A stretch of DNA of 64,000 nucleotides from Gammaproteobacteria bacterium (GTDB lineage: Bacteria > Pseudomonadota > Gammaproteobacteria > GCA-001735895). Positions 10,398-19,674 of this stretch are shown here, piece by piece. The notes under the pieces are model-generated. The model searched no databases. It worked only from the letters and a program-made list of their open reading frames with translations, and was not told where the DNA came from. Location: contig JASJCI010000007.1 in the NCBI GenBank assembly GCA_030066085.1, positions 28,363-92,362 on the forward strand, given 5' to 3'. The position numbers were made by a program, and so were the translations under genes. Every line of letters starts with the position of its first letter. Positions within the stretch are counted from its first letter, which is position 1.

Positions 10398-11759
10398 ATG
10401 AGCCATTACGAATCCAGTCTGCGCGATGACCTGAAGCAGTTCTTCGTCATCGCCATCCCGCTGTCGGCCGCCTACCTGGCCGAGTTCGCGATGTTTCTGA
10501 CCACCAAGGCGGTGGTGGGCAAGCTGGGTTATCACTCGCTGGCCGCGGTCGGTATTGCCGCCGACCTGTCGTTCGAAATCCTGGTAGTCATGATGGCTTT
10601 ACTGTCGGTGGTCGGGGTACTGGCCGCGCAGGCCTACGGCGCCGGCAAGCAGGAGGAGCTCGGCCACTCGGTCAAGCAGGGATTCTTCGTCGCCACCGGT
10701 CTCGGCATAGCGGGTACCACGCTGGTGTGGAACCTGCAACCGGTGCTGCGCGCTTTCGACCAGGACCCGATCGTGGTCGAACTCGCCGGGGATTATCTCA
10801 AGGGCCTGTCGGCCGCGGTATTGCCGGTGCTCTGGTTCTCGATTTTGCGTAATTTTGTCGCGGTCCTGGCGAAGACCCTCTCGGTACTGGTCATCACGGT
10901 GATCGCGGTAGTGCTGAATTACCTGCTGACCCTGTGGTTCGTACACGGCGGCCTCGGTCTTTCGCCGCAGGGGCTGTTCGGCGCGGGGGTTGCTACCGGG
11001 CTGGTGCACTGGTTCATGTTCCTGGCGATGTTCTGGCACGTCTATCGCAAGCCGCTGTTCCGCGGTTTCGGTATTTTTACCCGGCGCTGGCGCCTGCACT
11101 GGGTAACCTGCCGCGAAATCCTGACGCTGGGTACGCCGGTGGCCGGGCTCGCCTTCCTCGAGGCCGGTCTGTTCGTCGCGGTCGCGGTGCTGTCGGGCAT
11201 CATCGGCGCCAAGACGCTGGCGGCCTACCAGATCACCATCGCCTGGGTCGGCATTCCGTTCGTGATCGCGTTCGGCATGGCCGAGGCAACGATGATCCGG
11301 GTCGCGCACGCGATCGGCCGCGATTCGATGGCGCAGGCGCGCACCGCCGGCTTCATGGGCATGATCCTGGTCGTCGCGGTGGTATCGACGCTGGTCCTCG
11401 TGCCGCTGCTGTTTCACGAGCAGATCATTCGCATTTTCATCGCCACCGATGACCCGGGCTTCGACGAGGTGTCGCGGCTGGCGACACAATTCCTGTTCAT
11501 CGGCGCGCTGTTCATGGTGTTCGACGCGCTACAGGCCGCCGCCGCGCGCGCGCTGCGCGGCATGAAAGACAACATCGTACCGCTGTGGATCGCCGGCTTC
11601 GGCTACTGGATTCTCGGTATCGGCGGTGGTTCCCTGCTCGCATTCCGTTACGAAATGCAGGGCGCGGGCCTGTGGTGGGGGCTGGCCGCGGGCCTCGCGG
11701 TGGCGTCGATCCTGCTGACCTGGCGCTTCTACCTGTTCACGAGTCCGCGCCCGGCCTGA
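10398..11759 (+). CDS. MATE family efflux transporter
   Basis: 12-TM pattern, LGYHSLAAVG, FDALQ..AARALRG; start placed at ATG 10398. Confidence 0.88.
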   Translation: MSHYESSLRDDLKQFFVIAIPLSAAYLAEFAMFLTTKAVVGKLGYHSLAAVGIAADLSFEILVVMMALLSVVGVLAAQAYGAGKQEELGHSVKQGFFVATGLGIAGTTLVWNLQPVLRAFDQDPIVVELAGDYLKGLSAAVLPVLWFSILRNFVAVLAKTLSVLVITVIAVVLNYLLTLWFVHGGLGLSPQGLFGAGVATGLVHWFMFLAMFWHVYRKPLFRGFGIFTRRWRLHWVTCREILTLGTPVAGLAFLEAGLFVAVAVLSGIIGAKTLAAYQITIAWVGIPFVIAFGMAEATMIRVAHAIGRDSMAQARTAGFMGMILVVAVVSTLVLVPLLFHEQIIRIFIATDDPGFDEVSRLATQFLFIGALFMVFDALQAAAARALRGMKDNIVPLWIAGFGYWILGIGGGSLLAFRYEMQGAGLWWGLAAGLAVASILLTWRFYLFTSPRPA

Positions 11760-11888
11760 AACCGGGACCCCTGCCTTTGGGGATATATCGCCTACCCTTC
11801 ATAAGTATATTAGTTTTTACTTATATACCGGATACTCCCCTTCAGTTTTTCAGACCTTTATCAAAAATCAGAAGCGGAGGACTTCCTC

Positions 11889-12467
11889 ATGTCGAAAAAA
11901 CTGATCGCAGTACTCACTGGCCTCATGCTAACGCTGAGCATTACTGCGCAGGCCAACCAGCCCGCGACCCAGGCGGCCGAGCCCGCGCCAATCGGTACCT
12001 TCAACCCGTTCGATCCGAACGCGTGGATGAGTGGTTTTGTCCCCGGCACCGGCGCGACCACGGCGGCACTGAAGTTCAACGCCGCGCATCCGGCGGACTG
12101 GATGAAGTGGGTCGATCCAAAAACCCATACCCAGATGCACATGATGTTCGCCAACCCGGCAACCTACGCGCAGTTCGTGCAGCCGCAGTTCTACTTCGAA
12201 TTCATGAAGCCCGAGAACATGATGGCCTGGATGGACTTCAACCAGTATGCCGTCATGTGGGATCCGCAAACCATGACCCACTGGATGAACCCGGCCAGCT
12301 ACATGCACGCGATGGATCCGGCCATGTACACCGAGACCATGAACCCGGCCAACTACATGGTCTACATGAACCCGAACACTTACCTGGCTGGCTGGACCGG
12401 TGGTCAAACTTGCGATCCGAAGAAAAACCCGAACGCAAAGAAGAGCTGGTTCGGTTACCACTGCTGA
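11889..12467 (+). CDS. secreted Met/aromatic-rich protein with tandem 9-aa repeats
   Basis: GGAGG RBS, signal peptide (..TAQA), 20 Met in 192 aa, C-terminal Cys pair, own terminator. Confidence 0.85.
   Translation: MSKKLIAVLTGLMLTLSITAQANQPATQAAEPAPIGTFNPFDPNAWMSGFVPGTGATTAALKFNAAHPADWMKWVDPKTHTQMHMMFANPATYAQFVQPQFYFEFMKPENMMAWMDFNQYAVMWDPQTMTHWMNPASYMHAMDPAMYTETMNPANYMVYMNPNTYLAGWTGGQTCDPKKNPNAKKSWFGYHC
12153..12395 (+). repeat. nine consecutive degenerate 27-bp (9-aa) coding repeats, consensus [ND]PxxYxx[WF]M
   Basis: NPATYAQFV/QPQFYFEFM/KPENMMAWM/DFNQYAVMW/DPQTMTHWM/NPASYMHAM/DPAMYTETM/NPANYMVYM/NPNTYLAGW. Confidence 0.85.
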
Positions 12468-12505
12468 ATTCTGGCATTACCTCCACGGGGATATCATCCC
12501 ATTTG

Positions 12506-12534
12506 GCCGCGGCCCCTCGCCGCGGCTTTTTTTT
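12506..12534 (+). terminator. Rho-independent terminator
   Basis: GCCGCGGC-ccctc-GCCGCGGC followed by T8. Confidence 0.8.
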
Positions 12535-12563
12535 GCCTGCTGCAAATTGCCGCCCTAATATTT

Positions 12564-12719
12564 CGGGGACAGTTTACTTTTCTTTTTCGGGGACGGTTTA
12601 GAGTTAGCCCGAAAGCAAGCGGTTTTCGTTTTCGGGGGTGCTAGGACGCTCACGCGATATGCAGATAAACCGCGGTCTTAGAAACAGTGTCCCCAAAACT
12701 AATTGGTAAACTGTCCCCG
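12564..12719. mobile_element. 156-bp MITE-like element with 14-bp perfect terminal inverted repeats (copy A)
   Basis: CGGGGACAGTTTAC (12564-12577) / GTAAACTGTCCCCG (12706-12719); inner GGGGAC copy 24 bp inside each end; same ends at 57691-57843. Confidence 0.65.
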
Positions 12720-12793
12720 GAACTGGATGGCCGCGGCTTCTTTTTGCACGCTGCAAACGCCGGTTTCATGGCTATAAAATCCGACTCGCCGGA

Positions 12794-13414
12794 TCAGGTG
12801 GGAGCGCCCCGATAGTAGTGCCACAGGAACAGGCTGCCGGCGCTGCGCCAGGGTGCCCAGGGTTCGAGCAGCGCGCGGGCCGCACGCTCATCCAGGGGCT
12901 GGTCGCGACCCTTGAGTTTCTGCAGCGCAACGCGTAACGCGAGATCACCGGCCGGAAAAACATCACCACGCTGCAGGCTGAACATCAGGTATATCTCGGC
13001 GCTCCAGCGGCCGAAGCCGCGCAACCCGGTAATGGCGGCAATTGCCTGCTCGTCGTCGAGTCGTTCGAGTCCGGCGGGATCGAACTGCCCGTCGACGATT
13101 GCCCGCGCCAGCGCCTCGGCATACTCCACCTTGCGCCGCGACAGCCCGGCCGCACGCAGGCTGTCCGCCGGCAGCTTCAGCAGGGCCGGCGCCGACATCG
13201 ACGGCAGCAGTATCTGCAGTCGGGTCATGATCGCGGCCGCGGCCGCGGTCGATATCTGCTGCGAGACGATGGTCGCCAGCAGCGTAGCGAATCCCGGATC
13301 GCGCACGCGCGGCGGCGGATAACCATGGCTGCGCAGCGCGACGCGCAGATCGGGATCGCGCCGGGCAAGCCGGTCGAGATCACGGCGAATGCGCGCGGCG
13401 TCGAGGTTACTCAC
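12794..13414 (-). CDS. DNA-3-methyladenine glycosylase II (AlkA/HhH-GPD family)
   Basis: IVSQQIS, helix-hairpin-helix LRGFGRWSAE, FPAGDL, WAPWRS. Confidence 0.88.
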   Translation of the reverse strand: MSNLDAARIRRDLDRLARRDPDLRVALRSHGYPPPRVRDPGFATLLATIVSQQISTAAAAAIMTRLQILLPSMSAPALLKLPADSLRAAGLSRRKVEYAEALARAIVDGQFDPAGLERLDDEQAIAAITGLRGFGRWSAEIYLMFSLQRGDVFPAGDLALRVALQKLKGRDQPLDERAARALLEPWAPWRSAGSLFLWHYYRGAPT

Positions 13415-13551
13415 CGCGCGCCCGCCCCGTTACGGCGAATTGATCTGTTGGCAAAAAAGGCATGGGGGTTCCGCCAGCGTCAGTAGTTTTCTTCATACCG
13501 TATCCGGATTAACATAACAGTCAAATCACCGGCCCGACCCTGGAGCAAATC

Positions 13552-13836
13552 ATGGCAGCCTACTGGATCGCACGCGTAACCGTTACCGACCCCGATGCCT
13601 ATGCCGAGTACGCCAAACGTGCGACCGCCGCGATCGAAGCCCATGGCGGCGAGTTCCTTGCGCGTGCATCGCGCACCGTCTGCCTCGAGGGCGAGATGCG
13701 CGCGCGTAACGTGCTGGTCCGTTTTCCCAGCGTCGAAGACGCCGAACGCTGTTACAACTCGGCGCAATACCGCGAAGCCTACGAATTTGCCAGGGATGCC
13801 TCGGAGCGCGACATCATCGTGGTCGAAGGCAACTGA
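13552..13836 (+). CDS. DUF1330-family protein
   Basis: 95 aa; HGGEFLAR, LVRFPS, YNSAQY pattern. Confidence 0.8.
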   Translation: MAAYWIARVTVTDPDAYAEYAKRATAAIEAHGGEFLARASRTVCLEGEMRARNVLVRFPSVEDAERCYNSAQYREAYEFARDASERDIIVVEGN

Positions 13837-13847
13837 GGACCGTGGTG

Positions 13848-15061
<1,214 letters not shown>

Positions 15062-15126
15062 CTAAACAGGGCGCTTGTCAGGCAAATTCTGTTTTTGCCC
15101 CATCGGCGACCAGGGTCCACCCGGAC

Positions 15127-15143
15127 TGCACTTTTCCGGTGCC
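15127..15143. promoter_or_regulatory. possible NtrC box upstream of the P-II gene
   Basis: TGCACTTTTCCGGTGCC versus consensus TGCAC-N7-GTGCA. Confidence 0.35.
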
Positions 15144-15144
15144 G

Positions 15145-16440
15145 TCAGGAAAAGCGGTCGCGCCACTGGTAATAGCTCACCGCGGGCGCAAGAAACCAGG
15201 GCTTGCCGCGATACAGCGGTCGGGTCTGGAATCGGCCCCGGGTAAAGGCACTGTCGATCTCGCTGCCCGCGACAATTGCGCGGCCGACCCGATGGCCGAA
15301 ATGGCTCGCCAGCGAAACCCCGGAACCGCAATAACCCATGGCGTAATCGATGCCGTCCTCGCGGCCCAGGTGCGGCAGGTGATCGAAGGTGTAGGCAACA
15401 AATCCCATCCAGGCATGGCTTATCGGCGTGTTTTCCAGCTCGGGAAACAGGCGCAACAACTCTTCGCGCAGCGCCGGCAGGGCCATGACCGGGTCGGCTT
15501 CGAATACCGAAACACGGCCGCCGAACAGGATACGCTGCCCGTCGGGCGAGCGGCGAAAGTAAACCACCACCCTGCGCGTATCGCTGTAGACCCGCTGACC
15601 GGGCAACAGTCGTTCGGCCAGGCCCTCAGCCAGTGGCTCGGTAGCCAGCATGTAGCTGCCGATCGGGATCACGCGGCGCCGTTGCCAGGGCGCGACTCCA
15701 TCGGTGTAACCATTGGTCGCAATCAGCAGGCGTCGACAGGTAACCGCGCCGCGCTCGGTCAGCACACGGAATCCGTCTTGCTGGCGCTCGATGGCGCCGG
15801 CACGGCAACTCCCGATCACCGCCGCTCCGCGCGCACGCGCAAGATCGAGCAGGCCACGATGATATCGGGCCGGGTCAACGCTGCAATGATCTTCGATCAG
15901 CAGGCCGCCATGATAATAATCGCTGGCGATCTCGTTGCGCTGTTCGCCGGGTCCAACCGGCTGCAACGATCGCTCCAGCCCGCGCGGCTGGTTGCGCGCC
16001 TGTGCGCATAACTGGCGAAACTGGCGCGGGCTGTGCGCCGCGAGAAAGCGGCCGCAGCGACGGTATTCGCATTCGATTCCGTTGTCGGCAACGAAGTCGC
16101 CCAGCCACTCCAGCGCGGCGCGGGCTTCGAGCACCATCGCGCGTGCCTCTTCCGCGCCAAAACGTCGGCCGAGCTCGGCCAGGCCCGGCTTGATTTCACC
16201 ACTGATCTGGCCGCCGTTACGCGTGCTGCAGCCCCCGCCGATTACACCGGCATCGACTACCTGCGTCGACAGCCCCGCCGATGCGGTTTGCAGCGCACAG
16301 TGCAGGCCGGTGTAGCCGGAGCCGACGATCAGCACGTCTACGTCCGCCAAAAACGGATCATCGGCCTCTTCGTCCGGTGGAGTCTGGCCCCACCAGTATG
16401 GCCGGGCGATAAATCGGGGGCTGCAAAATTCGTACTGCAT
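15145..16440 (-). CDS. FAD-dependent oxidoreductase (DAO/PuuB-like family)
   Basis: IVGSGYTG, STRNGG, ATNGY, GYCGSGV. Confidence 0.85.
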   Translation of the reverse strand: MQYEFCSPRFIARPYWWGQTPPDEEADDPFLADVDVLIVGSGYTGLHCALQTASAGLSTQVVDAGVIGGGCSTRNGGQISGEIKPGLAELGRRFGAEEARAMVLEARAALEWLGDFVADNGIECEYRRCGRFLAAHSPRQFRQLCAQARNQPRGLERSLQPVGPGEQRNEIASDYYHGGLLIEDHCSVDPARYHRGLLDLARARGAAVIGSCRAGAIERQQDGFRVLTERGAVTCRRLLIATNGYTDGVAPWQRRRVIPIGSYMLATEPLAEGLAERLLPGQRVYSDTRRVVVYFRRSPDGQRILFGGRVSVFEADPVMALPALREELLRLFPELENTPISHAWMGFVAYTFDHLPHLGREDGIDYAMGYCGSGVSLASHFGHRVGRAIVAGSEIDSAFTRGRFQTRPLYRGKPWFLAPAVSYYQWRDRFS

Positions 16441-16648
16441 GACGGCTGGGTGATCGATTTCGTGCGCTAGTGCGTATTATTACGTTAATTGTTGGCTATA
16501 CTTGCGGTAACTCGACCGCCGGGGCCCTGAACCTGACCGGCCCGCATTCCTGGCAGTCGAAAGATACCTGAAATTACAGCCGGATTTAATCCCGGAATGT
16601 GGCGGATAGCACGACCCGAGCTGGTCGGCAATCCTGGAGCGGACTGGT

Positions 16649-17557
16649 TTGCACAACAATGACATCACTATCCTGATCGTCGACGACGAACCGATCAACC
16701 TCGAGATCATTTGCGCCCATCTCGAGGACGACGATTACGACCTCGTCACCGCTGCCAACGGCGAGGAAGCCTGGACCCTGCTCGAGGCCGATCCCCACCG
16801 CTACGCAACCATTATTCTCGATCGCATGATGCCCGGCATGGACGGTATCAAGGTGCTGGCGCGCATGAAGCAGAACGAGGCTACCGAGCAAATCCCGGTC
16901 ATCATGCAGACCGCCAAGGCCGAAACCCAGGAAGTGCTCGAGGGGTTGAAGGCCGGCGCCTACTATTACCTGACCAAGCCTTACGATGGCGACGTGCTCA
17001 AGACCATCGTGCGCAGCGCGGTCAACGACCGGCTGCACGAAAAATCTCTGCGCGAATCGCTGCGCGAAGGGCGGCGTATTTTCGACCTGATGACCTTCGG
17101 CTGCTTCCGCGTGCACAACCTGCGCGAATGCAACCTGGTGGCATCGCAGGTTGCGCACCTGTGCCCGCAGCCGCACCGGGTCGTCACCGGCATCTCGGAG
17201 CTGTTGATCAACGCGCTCGAACACGGCAATCTCAAGATCGGCTACGAGGAAAAAACCGAGTTGATGCGCCGCGGCATGTGGCAGGTGGAAATCGAACGCC
17301 GCCTGCAGGCGAGCGAAAACCTCGGCACCTTCGTCGAGCTCGAGTTTCGCGTCAACGCCAACAACGTGCAGATTCGCATCCGCGACCAGGGCAAGGGATT
17401 CGACTGGACACCCTACATGGATTTCGATCCGAACCGGGCCTTCGATCCGCACGGCCGGGGGATCGCGGTGGCCCGGCTGTCGAGCTTCGACGATCTCGAA
17501 TACCTCGGACCGGGCAACGAAGTACTCGCCACCGTGGTGCGTAATCTCGACGGCTGA
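16649..17557 (+). CDS. response regulator: receiver domain plus C-terminal HATPase-like domain
   Basis: LIVDD, LDRMMPGMDG, YLTKP; ELLINALEHGN, IRDQGKGF, HGRGI; TTG start uncertain. Confidence 0.85.
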   Translation: MHNNDITILIVDDEPINLEIICAHLEDDDYDLVTAANGEEAWTLLEADPHRYATIILDRMMPGMDGIKVLARMKQNEATEQIPVIMQTAKAETQEVLEGLKAGAYYYLTKPYDGDVLKTIVRSAVNDRLHEKSLRESLREGRRIFDLMTFGCFRVHNLRECNLVASQVAHLCPQPHRVVTGISELLINALEHGNLKIGYEEKTELMRRGMWQVEIERRLQASENLGTFVELEFRVNANNVQIRIRDQGKGFDWTPYMDFDPNRAFDPHGRGIAVARLSSFDDLEYLGPGNEVLATVVRNLDG

Positions 17558-17622
17558 TCCGCTTCACTTCGGCCGTAACCGCGACTATATAGACTGCTGT
17601 CGCAACAGTTTCGAGACCAGCC

Positions 17623-18063
17623 TTGCAAGAAGATACCACCGCGATTCGGCGCCACGTCCGCCTGGTAACCGGCATTCCGATCGAAATCACGCTCGATTAC
17701 CGTCATACCCATTACGCGGCGGAGGATGCCGTCACCAACATCAGTGCCGGCGGCCTGTGTTTTGTCGCCAGCGACCGGCTCGATCCGGGCGAAACCGCGC
17801 AGGTGCGGATCCCGATTCTCGCGCGCGACAACCAGATCGACGGCCGCGTGGTCTGGTGCAACAAGACCGCGCGTGGTTACGAGGTCGGGCTCGAATTCGA
17901 CGATCCCGAACGGGTCGAGCACATGCAGTTGATCGAGTATATCTCGCAGATCGAATCCTATCGGCGCGAAGCCGAACAGAACGATGGCCTGCAGCTGAGC
18001 ACCGAACAGGCCGCGCGCGAATGGATCAGGCGCTATGCCGGCGAATTCTCCGCCCTGAACTGA
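17623..18063 (+). CDS. PilZ-domain protein
   Basis: RRHVR (RxxxR) and NISAGG (D/NxSxxG). Confidence 0.8.
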   Translation: MQEDTTAIRRHVRLVTGIPIEITLDYRHTHYAAEDAVTNISAGGLCFVASDRLDPGETAQVRIPILARDNQIDGRVVWCNKTARGYEVGLEFDDPERVEHMQLIEYISQIESYRREAEQNDGLQLSTEQAAREWIRRYAGEFSALN

Positions 18064-18075
18064 TCGTATATCGCA

Positions 18076-18290
18076 TCCGGCCGAACAGGCCGGGCAAACG
18101 AGCGTTTATTGCGCCCCTCTAATCGGACCGGGAGGTTTCCCGCCGGGATCGCTGAGAACGCAGTGGATCGCGGTGATTTACAGTCGAACCAACACGCGGC
18201 TGTGTCGACGCCGATCGGGCGACGCCGTGAGCCGCCCGGACCGCCCCCGCGCTCCCCGCGAGCTCCGCGGGAAACAAATACCCTGCGACG
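18076..18290. repeat. structured non-coding unit, copy 1 of a tandem pair
   Basis: Near-identical to 18339-18559; several hairpins. Confidence 0.85.
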
Positions 18291-18338
18291 ACCTGCGCGC
18301 TCCCCGCGAATGCTCAGCCTCACTGAACTGGCATGATC

Positions 18339-18559
18339 TCCGGCCGAACGAGCCGGGCAAACGAGCGTTTATTGCGCCCCGCTAATCGGACCGGGAGGTT
18401 TCCCGCCGGGACCGCTGAGACCGCTGAGACCGCTGTGGATCGCGGTGATTTACAGTCGAACCAACACGCGGCTGTGTTGGCGCCGATCGGGTACCGTTAG
18501 CCGCCCGGACCGCCCCCGCGCTCCCCGCGAGCTCCGCGGGAAGCAACCACCCTGCGACG
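18339..18559. repeat. structured non-coding unit, copy 2 of a tandem pair
   Basis: Near-identical to 18076-18290; carries a CCGCTGAGA slippage triplication at 18412-18435. Confidence 0.85.
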
Positions 18560-18594
18560 GCCCGTGGTCGGGTTCAGGCGAGCTTGACTGCGCG

Positions 18595-19662
18595 TCACAT
18601 GCGGACGTCGTCGTCATCGTCGAAGCGACTGTAGGCGAGGTTACCTTCGAAATAGGTCGACTTGCCGGCCTGTTCGGCAATACCCCGTCCCTCGTAGATG
18701 CGCAGCGTATCGGCCACCGGCCGAGGATCGTGCGCCACCAGCCACAGGCGCAGCAAGTGGCGTTTCAGTTCCGGCTCCGGTGCATCTTCGAACGCGGTGC
18801 GATTGTGCAGCACCGTCAGGTTATTGAAGATCACGATTTCACCGGGCTCGGTAACAAACTGCAGCGCGAGCTTCGGATCGGTTGCAATCTCGTCGACCAG
18901 GTCGAGCGCCTCAACCTGTTGCGCGGTCAGCTGCTGGCCCAGTTCTTCCGCACCCATCTCGATGTAGGAGCGCAGGTAGTTCACGCTCAGGATATCGTCG
19001 CGGAAGCTGAATACCGGAATCGGGTCCTCGGTGACGGGCGCTTCGCCCGGGGCTTGTTCACCAAAGCGATGGTAGCGAAATCCCGCCATCAGTGCCGGCA
19101 TCAGGTCCGGCCGGCGAGACAGGATTTCATTGTAGATGCTGATCGCGCTGACGTAGCCGCTGAGACCGCCCGAGCGCGCCTTCTGCAAACACATCATTGC
19201 GACCAGATCGCAGGCGTCGGTATGCATGTCGAGTTCGGTACTGTTGCGGTAGGCCCGCTCGCGCGGGTCCTTGCCGCCGACGTCAACCACGTGGCCGAGT
19301 CGATCACCCATCACGCTTTGCGACATCGCGGTGCCAAGGTACGTGCCGAGGCCAAAATGAATCATGCCGAGCTCGTCCTTGTCCAGCCGCTCCACCGGCA
19401 GCCGGCTCAGAATTACCAGGCCGCTGCCGTGCATGACCTCGTCGCGCCACCCGGCAATGTCGTCGGCAATCGCTTCCAGCGCGAACAGATCGCGCGTAAT
19501 CGATTCGGCAGCGTCGACCTGCGTCCGGGCAGCCGCGACCGCGGCCTCGAAAGCTTCGATATGGCGGCTTTGCAGTGACACGGTAAAACTGTCACGCGAG
19601 TGAAGATCGGCGCGCCAGGCGCTGCGGTGGTCGACCGGATGCAGGGTTTCAGGCGTGCTCAT
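18595..19662 (-). CDS. TauD/TfdA-family 2OG/Fe dioxygenase
   Basis: LDMHTD (HxD), FNNLTVLHNRT, RHLLRLWL. Confidence 0.85.
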   Translation of the reverse strand: MSTPETLHPVDHRSAWRADLHSRDSFTVSLQSRHIEAFEAAVAAARTQVDAAESITRDLFALEAIADDIAGWRDEVMHGSGLVILSRLPVERLDKDELGMIHFGLGTYLGTAMSQSVMGDRLGHVVDVGGKDPRERAYRNSTELDMHTDACDLVAMMCLQKARSGGLSGYVSAISIYNEILSRRPDLMPALMAGFRYHRFGEQAPGEAPVTEDPIPVFSFRDDILSVNYLRSYIEMGAEELGQQLTAQQVEALDLVDEIATDPKLALQFVTEPGEIVIFNNLTVLHNRTAFEDAPEPELKRHLLRLWLVAHDPRPVADTLRIYEGRGIAEQAGKSTYFEGNLAYSRFDDDDDVRM

Positions 19663-19674
19663 ATGCGATCCCCC

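Noticed and set aside
11778-12500. GGGGATAT motifs flanking the Met-rich gene as cassette ends
   Set aside because: Only about 8 nt shared; compatible with chance.
18182-18190. tRNA T-loop-like GGTTCGACT on the minus strand
   Set aside because: No pairing T-stem or cloverleaf.
18041-18559. CRISPR array
   Set aside because: Only two long units, no repeat-spacer periodicity, no cas genes.
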